A DNA stretch of 64,000 nt from a virus (Duplodnaviria; Heunggongvirae; Uroviricota; Caudoviricetes): IMG/VR virus record IMGVR_UViG_3300025936_000018; one strand, given 5' to 3'. Position numbers and translations under genes: made by a program. Position 1 is the stretch's first letter. Each line of letters starts with the position of its first letter. The notes under the pieces were generated by a model that saw nothing but the letters and a program-made list of their open reading frames with translations, had not been told where the DNA came from and did no database searches. Shown piece after piece: positions 8,819-17,419 of the stretch.

Positions 8819-9234
8819 GCGGCCGCGCGGGCCTTCCGCTTCGACGCGCAGACCGGATGGTGCGGCCCGTCCTTCGGTTCCCAGCAGCAGCGGTGCGTCG
8901 CCTTGCCGAGCTCGACTTGCCGCTCGAGCGCCTCGAGCCCCTGCGCTCGGCCGAACTCGATGAGCTCGGTGCGCTTCCCGTGCGCGTACGCCGGGATCTT
9001 GAGCGTGTTCACGTAGCGGACGATCTCGACGTCGCACGGCCGGCGGAGCCAGTCGTCCGTGTACGCCGGCAGTCCGCATGCTGTCTTGAGCAGCGCGCCC
9101 TTCTCGGTGTTGCTGGTCGCGTGGATGACGTTCGTGCGCTTGTTGAGCAGGTCGAACCATCCCGGCGGCGGCTGCACGAGCTTCGATCCCCAGTGGCGCC
9201 GGCAGCGGCCGCACTCGCGCGGCTCAGCGCTCAC
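8815..9234 (-). CDS. hypothetical Cys-containing protein
   Basis: 139 aa; CGRCRRHWG...THRCCWEP. Confidence 0.4.
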   Translation of the reverse strand: MSAEPRECGRCRRHWGSKLVQPPPGWFDLLNKRTNVIHATSNTEKGALLKTACGLPAYTDDWLRRPCDVEIVRYVNTLKIPAYAHGKRTELIEFGRAQGLEALERQVELGKATHRCCWEPKDGPHHPVCASKRKARAAA

Positions 9235-10025
9235 GTGCTCACCGCCGCGCGGAGCTCCGAGGCGAGGCGCTCGGCTTGCTCGGCGAGCACGAGGTAGCGC
9301 CGCTCGAAGCGCTCGAGTTGCACGTCGCCGTCGAGTACCAGCCGGAGGGCCGCGGCGACACGCTTGACGCGCTCTATGCCGGCCGGACCGTCATAGCCCC
9401 AGCTGTCGAGCGAGATGCCGGTCGCTTCCTCGAACGCGCGCAAGTGGCCGCGGAGCCCGTCGCGGCTCTCGCGCCAACCTTCGATCTGCGCGGCATGGCG
9501 CTCTTCCCACTCCGCTCGAGCTGCTTCGACCGCAGCCTCGATCTGCGCCGGCGTCGTCTCGACCGTCCTGCAAGCCGACCGCAGCAGTGCGGCGAGGAAC
9601 GTCCTCGGCATCCACTCGGAGTCGGTCGGCGGTAGCGGCGGCGCCTCGACCACGACACGCAGACCGCGTCCGTGCGCGACCATCATCCCCCACGTCGGCG
9701 GCAGCTCGCCGGGCGAGACGATCTTCGCGTCGGAGACGACGAGCCACCAGCGATCGACAAGATCGGTGAACGCCTCGGCCTTCTGCGGGTCCTTCAACTC
9801 GCGCAGCCAGTCCGACCGCGACACCTTGATCTCGTGTCCGTGGAGCTCCAGGCCTCGCGACGGCCAGAGCGACATCGCGATCGCGTCGATCGTGCGCGTC
9901 GCCGAGAAGCCGGCCGCGTTCCTGACCTTCGGAATGAACGCCCATACGGGCCCGTTGCCGCTCGACTGCCGGTAGCGCGCTTCGAGGCGAGCGAGCATCG
10001 TCGCCTCGGTGTGCTTCTCAGCCAT
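9231..10025 (-). CDS. MmcB-like PD-(D/E)XK nuclease-family protein
   Basis: 264 aa; WAFIPKVRNAAGFSATRTIDAIAMSLWPSRGLELHGHEIKVSRSDWLRELKDP is characteristic of the MmcB/DUF1052 family. Confidence 0.5.
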   Translation of the reverse strand: MAEKHTEATMLARLEARYRQSSGNGPVWAFIPKVRNAAGFSATRTIDAIAMSLWPSRGLELHGHEIKVSRSDWLRELKDPQKAEAFTDLVDRWWLVVSDAKIVSPGELPPTWGMMVAHGRGLRVVVEAPPLPPTDSEWMPRTFLAALLRSACRTVETTPAQIEAAVEAARAEWEERHAAQIEGWRESRDGLRGHLRAFEEATGISLDSWGYDGPAGIERVKRVAAALRLVLDGDVQLERFERRYLVLAEQAERLASELRAAVST

Positions 10026-10881
10026 CCCCGAGTCTCGCCGCCACGAGCTCGCTGCCGAACCACACGCGCCACGGCGGCTTCATCTCCGATCCGTCGGGGA
10101 AGGTCAGCTTCGGCTCGGACTGGCTCTCTCGCGTGAGGAGCAGCTGCTCGCTGTCAGCCACGTCCTTCCACTCGCCATCGCGGAGGATCTCGACGCGGTA
10201 GGCCGAGCCGGCGGAGTAGAAGAACCCCGTCTCGCCATGCTCGGCGCAGACGAATCGCGTGAGGTTCGGGTGCTCGGGATCCGTGACGCGCTCGAGCGGC
10301 CGGTAGCACTTCGCGCAGACCGAGACCGTCTCGGAGCGCTCCGTCGGCTCGCCCCACGACCGGATCTCTTCCGCGAGCTGCGCGGCCCAGTAGTCGCCTT
10401 CGTAGTGGCCCTGGCCGTCGTCGCCGCCGGAGTCGCGCCACGTCTGCCGGTCGACCATCCCGAACAGGTGCGCGGCGAGATGACGCGCGCGGTCGCGCGC
10501 GCGGAGCGCTTCATCGAGCGCTTTCGCTTCCACGAAGAGCGTGTGATTCCACGCGATCGCAGATGCGGCGCTCTGATGGCGTGCCGCTTCCTCGGCTCCC
10601 TCGCCGGCGAAGATCAGCGGCCGGCGGTCAGCGTCCTCGTAGAGGACCGCCCAGACGACATCATCGAGGTCGAACCGCACTTCGCCGCCGAACCGCCGGC
10701 CGAGCCGTTCGCTCGTCTCGGCCGCGTGCGCCTGCAACCGCCGGACAAACTCGGCGCTCTCGAGCTCTGCCGCCGCTCGAGCAGCGTCCCATCCGCTAGC
10801 CGCTTCGACGGCCGCGAGGTCTTCCTCGGTGACGCCGAACGCCTCGAGGATCCTCCGCCGCGCGCTGTCGCGGTCGCTCAT
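10018..10881 (-). CDS. hypothetical protein
   Basis: 287-aa acidic ORF; CAKCYRP...FVCAEHG Cys pairs. Confidence 0.5.
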   Translation of the reverse strand: MSDRDSARRRILEAFGVTEEDLAAVEAASGWDAARAAAELESAEFVRRLQAHAAETSERLGRRFGGEVRFDLDDVVWAVLYEDADRRPLIFAGEGAEEAARHQSAASAIAWNHTLFVEAKALDEALRARDRARHLAAHLFGMVDRQTWRDSGGDDGQGHYEGDYWAAQLAEEIRSWGEPTERSETVSVCAKCYRPLERVTDPEHPNLTRFVCAEHGETGFFYSAGSAYRVEILRDGEWKDVADSEQLLLTRESQSEPKLTFPDGSEMKPPWRVWFGSELVAARLGDG

Positions 10882-11354
10882 TCGTGCACCTCGTAAGGGA
10901 TGACGCTCGCGGCATCGTCCCAGTCGGCGTCGAAGTGGTACATGCCGTCATCGTCCGGGCCGCTCCACTCGTAAGTGTCGCGGATTCGGTAAGCGGGACG
11001 TTCGGGGGCGTGCGCGGATGTCGCGGCCTCGGGATTCGCGTAGACGCCGGCGATGTATCGCTGCTCGTAGCAGCCGACTTCGAGCACGTAGACGGTGGTG
11101 CTCACGTCGCGCCGTCGGCGCCAACCGAAGATTCCACGCCGCCGGCCGGGCACCGCCGGCGGCCCGGACTCGAGCTCCTCGAATCCCTGCGCCAGCATCC
11201 GGAACTGCGTGACGCTCAACGCTCTCGCGTCGGCCGCTTCGAGTTTGTCGGCGACGCTGCGAATGGCGCTGACGACGCTCGCCTGCGTGAGGCACGGCAC
11301 ACCGCCGACCGTCAGCGCGTCGGCGTCGATGTCGACTTGGAGCTCGCGAATCAC
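10878..11354 (-). CDS. hypothetical protein
   Basis: 158-aa ORF; ATGA coupling to the downstream gene. Confidence 0.45.
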   Translation of the reverse strand: MIRELQVDIDADALTVGGVPCLTQASVVSAIRSVADKLEAADARALSVTQFRMLAQGFEELESGPPAVPGRRRGIFGWRRRRDVSTTVYVLEVGCYEQRYIAGVYANPEAATSAHAPERPAYRIRDTYEWSGPDDDGMYHFDADWDDAASVIPYEVHE

Positions 11355-11475
11355 GTCCGCCGCCTCCGCCTCTCAAGTTCACGCAGGAACCAGACGCGCT
11401 CAGCGATCGGCAACGGCGTACCAGCAGCCTTAGACGCGCGAAGGAAGCGAGCTCTCCTCACCCGCTGCCGGAGGT

Positions 11476-11769
11476 TCACGCCGCCATCGCCTTCGACGTG
11501 GGAAGCAGCTCGCCGGGCGTCCACTCGCCGATGTGCCACTGCCGGAACCGAAGCACGCCGTCGACCATCTCGGGCCGGAGCATGCCGGCGTCGACGAGCC
11601 GCTCACAGGTCGAGCAGTAGCAGGTCGTCTCGCGGAACTTCACCGTGAGCGTGAGCGGCCGCTCTTCGTACGTTGCGCCACAGACGTCGCAGCGCGGGGT
11701 CTCATTCGCGGCCAATGTCTTCCCTCTTCTGCTGATCGACCAGCGCATCGACGCACTCGGGGTGATCAC
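11476..11769 (-). CDS. zinc-ribbon protein
   Basis: CDVCGATYEE...CYCSTCERL. Confidence 0.35.
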   Translation of the reverse strand: MITPSASMRWSISRRGKTLAANETPRCDVCGATYEERPLTLTVKFRETTCYCSTCERLVDAGMLRPEMVDGVLRFRQWHIGEWTPGELLPTSKAMAA

Positions 11770-11941
11770 CGACCGTCGAGTCCTCGCCGCAGACGCGGCA
11801 GTGGGCCCGGCACGTGCACGGCGGCTCTTCGGGCTCGCGCAGATTGCCGCAGCCGAGGCAGTAGACGCGCCGGTCGCCGCTCATGAAGTGAGCCGCGGCG
11901 AGACGGACGCGATCTTCCGGCGCCATCAGGTCGCTAGCCAT
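11702..11941 (-). CDS. Cys-rich small protein
   Basis: YCLGCGNL...CTCRAHCRVCGE. Confidence 0.35.
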   Translation of the reverse strand: MASDLMAPEDRVRLAAAHFMSGDRRVYCLGCGNLREPEEPPCTCRAHCRVCGEDSTVGDHPECVDALVDQQKREDIGRE

Positions 11942-12161
11942 GACGCATCTCCGGATGGCCGAACAGCGGCAGCGCGTAGATCAGGAAGTCGCCGGCGTGG
12001 TCCTTGCACGTCGAGAGCCGGCGCTCGCCCTGGTCGGTCTTGACCGCGATCTGCACCCAGCCGATCTCGTCGCACCCCTCCTTCTCGCAATCCGTCGCGA
12101 GCTCGGCCGGGATCGTGTAGACGCAGGCGACGAGGTTCCGGTCGGGATCTCCAAGAGCCAT
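11934..12161 (-). CDS. hypothetical protein
   Basis: Start MALGDPDRN at 12161, preceded by CTAGTATTATCGTACGA (leaderless-promoter-like motif). Confidence 0.4.
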   Translation of the reverse strand: MALGDPDRNLVACVYTIPAELATDCEKEGCDEIGWVQIAVKTDQGERRLSTCKDHAGDFLIYALPLFGHPEMRHG

Positions 12162-12351
12162 TCGTACGATAATACTAGACCGAGCGGTTGTAGACCGGAG
12201 CGGCTCAGGCAACGGGCGGGTGAGATGCTCGCGCCCTCAGAGCACGCCGGCACGGGACACGCTCTCACCCATGCGCCCCGATCTCGGCTCGAGCAGGTCC
12301 GGTTTTACGGCTCAAGTCGAACTCCGGTCGGACGCGATGATAGCCAGCCGC

Positions 12352-13734
12352 TCAGAAGCCGGACGCGAAGCGGTCGTGCTGCGTCTTGATTCGGCCCTTC
12401 GCCGAGACGACGCGCATCGGCTTCGGCGTGTGCCCCTCGACGAGCTCGGTCGCGGCCCACACCATCGCGTCCATCCGATCCGGCGACCATCCCGAGTCGG
12501 GCGTCCAGTTGCGCTGCTGCGACTCGAGCAGCTCGTACTCGTTCTCGTCGCCGCCCTCCGGGATCACATGGTGGAACCGCCCCTGCTCGTAGAGTGCCGC
12601 GATCGGCTCCGCCCGGGCAGCCTTCCCACGCGACGCCGTCATCTTCTTGACCGTGATCCGGTCGGAGACCTCGAGCGCGGCCGCGGCGACCTTGATGTTC
12701 GAGACGACGAGATCGCCGCCGAAGTTCGTCTCGCCGACGATCTTGTCGGCGCCGAACTCGATCGCGGCGTTCACAGCGCGCTTGCCCCAGCCGTCCGGCG
12801 ACAGCTTGCACGACCGATCGGCGATCACGTAGTAGTCGCCGTCAACGCCCTTGCCGACGATGACGATGCCCTGCTCGTCGTTGCCGTCCTCGTCGCCGCC
12901 TGACGGGTCGACGCCTTCGATCACGCGCACGAAGTCGGGCGCGCTCGCCACGGAGATGCGGCAGTTCTGGATCGTCTCGAACGTCCACAGCGCGCCCTCG
13001 ACGTCCTCGATGTACTCGCCGAGGAGCTCCTGCCGCTCGAGCCGCGTGCCCTTGTACCGCGCAAGCAGACGCTCGCGCTGCCGCGCCGGCAGGTACGGGT
13101 TGTCGTGGATCGACGCGCGCGTCAGCGCCGTGTCCGACGCGGTCATCAGCTGCTTGAGGAACGGTCGCGTCTTCGGCGTCGTCGACGCGACGATGTGCGG
13201 GTGCGTGCCCATGCGGAGGCCGAGCTCCATGTTCTCCCACGCCTCCTTGAGATTGCGCCACGCCGCGAGCTCTTCGCACCAGTAGATGTGCCGGTTGCCG
13301 CCGGCGCGGAGCCGCTCGACGTCCTCCTTCGTGTACGCGCCGAACAGCTTCGCCTCGGAGCCGTTCGGCCAGACGACGTGCGTGCCGCCGGCGCGCGACC
13401 GCAGCTTCAGGAGCGGGTTGTGCGCCATCAGGCCCGACGCGCCGTAGACGCACGCCTCGGCCGCGTCGCCGAGCGTCGGCGCGATGATGCCGCCGCGCGC
13501 GCCCGGGTTGCGGCGCATGAACCGATCGAGGTAGCTCGCGCACGAGTCGGTCTTGCCGGCGCCGCGGCCGGCGAGCGTCAGCCAGAGGTACCAGTCGCCC
13601 TCGGGCGGGATCTGGTGCGGAAGCGGCCGCCATGGCGGCTTGCCCGTTGCGCGCGCGACCTCGAGCGCCCGGAGTTGCTCGAGCCGCTCGATCTTGAGCG
13701 CGAGCTCGGCGTCAGTCGTCGGGGCCGTCGTCAT
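12352..13734 (-). CDS. terL: terminase large subunit
   Basis: 460 aa; Walker A LAGRGAGKT; ATPase region (HIYWCEELAAW); C-terminal RNaseH-like nuclease (VIEGVDPSGG...GIVIVGKGVDGDYYVIAD). Confidence 0.9.
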   Translation of the reverse strand: MTTAPTTDAELALKIERLEQLRALEVARATGKPPWRPLPHQIPPEGDWYLWLTLAGRGAGKTDSCASYLDRFMRRNPGARGGIIAPTLGDAAEACVYGASGLMAHNPLLKLRSRAGGTHVVWPNGSEAKLFGAYTKEDVERLRAGGNRHIYWCEELAAWRNLKEAWENMELGLRMGTHPHIVASTTPKTRPFLKQLMTASDTALTRASIHDNPYLPARQRERLLARYKGTRLERQELLGEYIEDVEGALWTFETIQNCRISVASAPDFVRVIEGVDPSGGDEDGNDEQGIVIVGKGVDGDYYVIADRSCKLSPDGWGKRAVNAAIEFGADKIVGETNFGGDLVVSNIKVAAAALEVSDRITVKKMTASRGKAARAEPIAALYEQGRFHHVIPEGGDENEYELLESQQRNWTPDSGWSPDRMDAMVWAATELVEGHTPKPMRVVSAKGRIKTQHDRFASGF

Positions 13735-14338
13735 CGCTGGCCGCTACTGCGACTGTCTGCCGCGCGCGCTGCTCGAGCTCGGCGGAGAGCTCGGCGATCT
13801 GGCGGTCGATCGAGTCGAGCCCCTCGACACGGATCGGTCCGCCCTCGGCGCCCGTCAGCTCGGCACGCTCCGACCAGCGATAGCGATCGGGGAAGTGCGC
13901 CTTGAGCCAGAAGATCATCAGCGTCGCGTTCGTCTCCGCTGACTCCGTGGTGGTCGTCTCTTCCTCCACCACGACGCCGCCCTTCATCTTCTTTTTCGTC
14001 ACGGTCTTCTTCACCGGGACGCCGGTCATGATCCACTGGTACGCGCGCCGCTCAACGGCGTCACGAGCGAGGTCGAGCGCGTCATTCCACGCGCGATCGA
14101 AGTCCGGGTCGGCGTCGCGGACGCGGTACACCTGCTTGCGGCCGATGCCGGCGATCCGGCATGCCGCGCTCACGTCCGGCAGCGAGCTCAGCGAAGCAAG
14201 GAACGTGCGCTGCCACGGACGTTCCCAGCCGCGATCGGCCGGCGCCGGTAGAGCCTCCTCGCCCTCGAGCATGTCCGCGATCGACGGCTCCGGCTGCTCG
14301 ACGATGGGGAACTGCTGCATGAGCGGATGCGTGTTCAC
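13712..14338 (-). CDS. terS: terminase small subunit (HTH)
   Basis: HTH TFLASLSSLPDVSAACRIAGIGRKQVYRVRDADPDFDRAWNDAL typical of terS; immediately upstream of terL. GTG 14338 overlaps the methyltransferase stop (GTGA); alternative ATG at 14320. Confidence 0.65.
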   Translation of the reverse strand: MNTHPLMQQFPIVEQPEPSIADMLEGEEALPAPADRGWERPWQRTFLASLSSLPDVSAACRIAGIGRKQVYRVRDADPDFDRAWNDALDLARDAVERRAYQWIMTGVPVKKTVTKKKMKGGVVVEEETTTTESAETNATLMIFWLKAHFPDRYRWSERAELTGAEGGPIRVEGLDSIDRQIAELSAELEQRARQTVAVAASDDDGPDD

Positions 14339-15644
14339 GAGAGCACTCCCGCCGGCGCGAGGTCGGGCCGGTCGACGTAGTCCGCGTAACGCTGCCGGAT
14401 GACGTCGCAGTAGCGCGGGTCGATCTCCATCGAGAAGCACCGCCGGCCGTCGGTCTCCGCGGCGATCAGCGTCGTGCCGCTGCCGGCGAACGGATCCACG
14501 ATCAGCTCGCCCGGGTGCGTAACCGCTTCGATGTACGCCGACGGCAGCCCCACCGGGAACACCGCCGGGTGATCGCCCTGCGACGGACCCTTATGGCTCG
14601 GAAGCGTCAGCACAGACCCAAGACGCTTGAGATCGGCAACCGGATACGTGCGCGGCGGCGTGAACTCCCCGCTCGGCAACCGCTGCGCACGCGTCGTCGT
14701 CTTGCCGGCGTTCTTCGTCGGCAGCACCCGGTTCGACTCGCGCGGCTTCTCGCCGAACACGAACACCCACTCGTGCCACGGCGGGAACATCATCCGCTGC
14801 CCCGCCATGCTCGTTGCGTCCTCGCGGTTCCAGACGTTCCACGCGAGCAGCTTCAAGCCGGCGGCGCGCGCAGCCGCGATGAACGTCTGCCAGTGCTCCA
14901 CGATCTCCGAGTCGCGGAAGATGAGACCGAGGTTCACCGCCGCCAGATCGCATGGCCAGACGGCGAAGAACTCCGCCAGCCGGCCCGGGTCGAGATCGCC
15001 CTCGCCGTTGTAGTCGCGCAGATCGAGATACGGCGGTGACGTGAACAGCAACGCCGCGCTCTCGCCGTCCATCAGCACGTCGACGTCCTTCGCGAGCGTC
15101 GAGTCGCCGCACATCAGCCGATGCTCGCCGAGCTCGTACACCTCTCCGCGCTTCGAGACCGGCTCCGCCGGCGCGACCGGTACCGCGTCCGGGTCGCGCG
15201 GATTGTCGAGATGGTGCAGCGCCGCCACCGTCGCACGCAGCTCATCAAGGTCGTCGTCGTCGTAGCCGGTGCCGACGCGATCATCGAGCGCCTCGAGTTG
15301 AGCCAGCAGCAGCGAATCGTCCGTATAGCCGAGCTCGGCCGTGCGGTTGTCGGCGATGAGGAACGCGCGCGCCTTCTCCTCGTCGTCCAGCACCTCCGCA
15401 GCGTCGGCGACCGCGACATGCGTCCAGCCGAGCCCTCGAGCGGCGAGAACGATGTGGTGGCCGGCCGTGATGAGCGAGCCGGACGTGACGACCTGCTTCA
15501 GCTGGCCGAACCGCTTGAGCGACTCGCTGATCGCTCCGACGTCGCCCTGGCGCGGATTGCCGGGGAACGGGTCCAGGCTGTCGATCGGGACGAGACTGCC
15601 GCGGAACGCGGTCAGGCCGTTCCAGACGATGACGGCTTCTTTTA
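14335..15644 (-). CDS. ParB-like nuclease domain fused to an N6-adenine/N4-cytosine DNA methyltransferase (start non-canonical)
   Basis: Methyltransferase motifs TSPPY (motif IV) and DPFAGSGTT (motif I). Upstream in-frame ParB-N domain (PGNPRQGDVGAISESLKRFGQ...AGHHIVLAARGLGWTHVAV) is open back to 15704 with no ATG/GTG/TTG before 15393. SD GAGGA sits 6 nt before an ATA codon at 15644. Confidence 0.75.
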
Positions 15645-15711
15645 TGGCTGTGTCCTCGTGTGTCCCACGGCCCGAAGAGTCTACCGCCGCGTTTCGGTAT
15701 GACCGTAGTAG

Positions 15712-15888
15712 CTAGCCGGCGGCCTTCTCCATCGCGCGCTTCGTCCAGAGAAGCGACTGCTCGAGGTTCGTTGCGATGAGCGCCTTCATGCGGAGGTCGC
15801 CGTCGAACTGCTCGTCGCTGAGATCGTTGACTGCGAAGAGCGCGGCTTCGATGTCGTCGTGGAGCTCCTGGAGCGTCTTGGGATCCAT
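15712..15888 (-). CDS. small hypothetical protein (58 aa)
   Basis: MDPKTLQELHDDIEAALFAVNDLSDEQ...; SD GGAGGA 6 nt upstream; not in the ORF track. Confidence 0.35.
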   Translation of the reverse strand: MDPKTLQELHDDIEAALFAVNDLSDEQFDGDLRMKALIATNLEQSLLWTKRAMEKAAG

Positions 15889-15938
15889 CGGTCGGTCCTC
15901 CCGGGGTCGTGGTGCGGATTCGCGGCGATCCTATCCCT

Positions 15939-16029
15939 CGTATGGGCCATAGGTAGCTTCTCGGCTGCGGAGCGGTTCGCTAGGCCGGCCCACACTGGCT
16001 TGAGCCGCTCCGCACCTATGGGTCATAGG
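15939..16029. promoter_or_regulatory. Nested dyad-symmetric element (candidate cos/pac site or operator cluster)
   Basis: Two 15-bp palindromes CGTATGGGCCATAGG (15939-15953) and CCTATGGGTCATAGG (16015-16029) flank a perfect 10-bp inverted repeat TGCGGAGCGG/CCGCTCCGCA (15965-15974/16003-16012) centred on GGCCGGCC (15983-15990). Non-coding, between the HNH gene and terS. Confidence 0.5.
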
Positions 16030-16034
16030 TCGGT

Positions 16035-16341
16035 CTACGGTGTCATCTCGCCGTTCGTGATCCAGCCGTGCCAGTTGCCGTACGTGCCGGAGTCGTCGCC
16101 GGCGTTGATCGACGGGTGGACGGTCAGATTCGGCGGCTCGCCGGAGGCATCCCAGAGATCGTGCGGCGGATCCGTTGAGCGAGTCGTTGTCGCCCACAGA
16201 CCGGCGCCGTTCGGGAGGACGACGCACCACGCTTCGCGGCCGTCGCCGTCGAACTCGGGCGCGCGGAAGCAGTCGCCGTGGAGCGCTGCGTAGCCGCGGT
16301 AGCCGCCTTCCGGGGTCGGAACGATGCGGAGCGGGATCATC
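16035..16341 (-). CDS. hypothetical protein
   Basis: Start MIPLRIV at 16341 (ATGA overlap); Trp/Gly-rich C-terminus. Confidence 0.4.
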
Positions 16342-16639
16342 GGCGCGGGAGGTTGTAGAAGGTCCAGAGCCCCGTCCATTCCTCATGGATGCGGTCGCGG
16401 AGAAGGTGCGGCGGCTGCGGGATCGGGTTGCCGAGCGCGATGTCGGCCTCTCGGTTGGTGTACCGCGTGAACTCGACGCGTTCCATGACGAGCCGGTAGC
16501 CGGTGCGTGTCTCGACGATCCCGACGATCTCGTACGCGCGCAGCAGCTCGTACGGGTCGGAGCCGCTCGAGACCGTCTGCGCGGCTATGTCGCCGAGCTC
16601 CGGCGGAGCGTTATCGCGCGGCCAGTCCGGGAACCGCAT
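16338..16639 (-). CDS. hypothetical protein
   Basis: Internal start MRFPDWPRDN...; balanced composition. Confidence 0.4.
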
Positions 16640-16680
16640 CGTCGTGGTCGTGCCGAGCGGCCGATGGTGGCCCGGGCGTC

Positions 16681-16932
16681 TCATCTCACGGCGTACGTCG
16701 GGTCGATTGGGCGAGGCGGCGGCGGCGGTCGCTTGATCTCCCACGGATCGGGCCCGAGCTCGCACGTCGCCTCGAGCGCGCGAATGAGTGTCCGGCAGGC
16801 CTCGTAGGCGCGTCGCCGGCGCCACGGCCAGATCGACTCGCGGCCGCGGAGCTCGCGTCGGAGCCGTGGCTCGTGGAACGCGAGGAACTGCGCTGCGGAC
16901 CTCGGCATGGGCGGAATCGGCTGGTGGCCCAT
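16681..16932 (-). CDS. hypothetical protein
   Basis: 83-aa ORF. Confidence 0.3.
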   Translation of the reverse strand: MGHQPIPPMPRSAAQFLAFHEPRLRRELRGRESIWPWRRRRAYEACRTLIRALEATCELGPDPWEIKRPPPPPRPIDPTYAVR

Positions 16933-16960
16933 TAGCCGCCGACCCTATTGCGGCGGTCGG

Positions 16961-17332
16961 CTAGGCGGCTCGAGAGAGCGATCGCGCGCGCCGCTCGAGC
17001 GCGTCGCGGCGCCGGCGCTCTTCGCACGCGCGCCGGCCGGACTCGTACGGATGGCGGTGAGGGCAGCGCGTCGGCGCCTCATCGAGGATCGAGACGATCA
17101 GCCGGCGGACGGCCTCGAGCGTCGGATGGTGCGACGCGCACGCCGTGATGCAGTTCTCCTCGTCGAGCTCGAGGTCCGGCCGCTCGGAGCGCGGAATGAC
17201 GTGGTGGACGTGGAGGATGTCCGAGCAGCGGCCGCCGAGGAGCCGAGCCACCGTGCACCGGTGGCCGTCACGAACGCGGACGCGTTCGGCGAGCTCGAGC
17301 CAAGCTGCGGAGTTGTAGAACGGATCTGTCAC
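16961..17332 (-). CDS. HNH endonuclease
   Basis: HRCTVARLLGGRC...LHVHHVIPRS...EENCITACASHH, canonical HNH motif. Sits upstream of terS/terL, the typical position of the packaging-associated HNH. Confidence 0.8.
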   Translation of the reverse strand: MTDPFYNSAAWLELAERVRVRDGHRCTVARLLGGRCSDILHVHHVIPRSERPDLELDEENCITACASHHPTLEAVRRLIVSILDEAPTRCPHRHPYESGRRACEERRRRDALERRARSLSRAA

Positions 17333-17419
17333 GGCGGATCACCGATAGAAACGATGCCCACGCCATCGGACAGCAAACCACCCGTAGCGTGCGCGACGCT
17401 ACGCAAACTGTCGTGATCG

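Noticed and set aside
12162-12351. Possible terminator or structured RNA after terL (8-bp GGGTGAGA/TCTCACCC stem enclosing 37 nt)
   Set aside because: No U-tract on the transcribed (minus) strand and an overly large loop. Kept only as weak secondary structure. The leaderless promoter motif at the 12162-12180 end is reported separately.
12842-13633. 263-aa minus ORF (and several similar ones: 1521-2117, 20595-21164, 22772-23737, 35493-36479 N-terminal part, 36290-36967, 51865-53136)
   Set aside because: Extremely Arg/Ala/Pro-rich translations lying in alternate frames or antisense of well-supported genes (terL, C5-methyltransferase, tape measure, RecT). They are typical high-GC frame artefacts.
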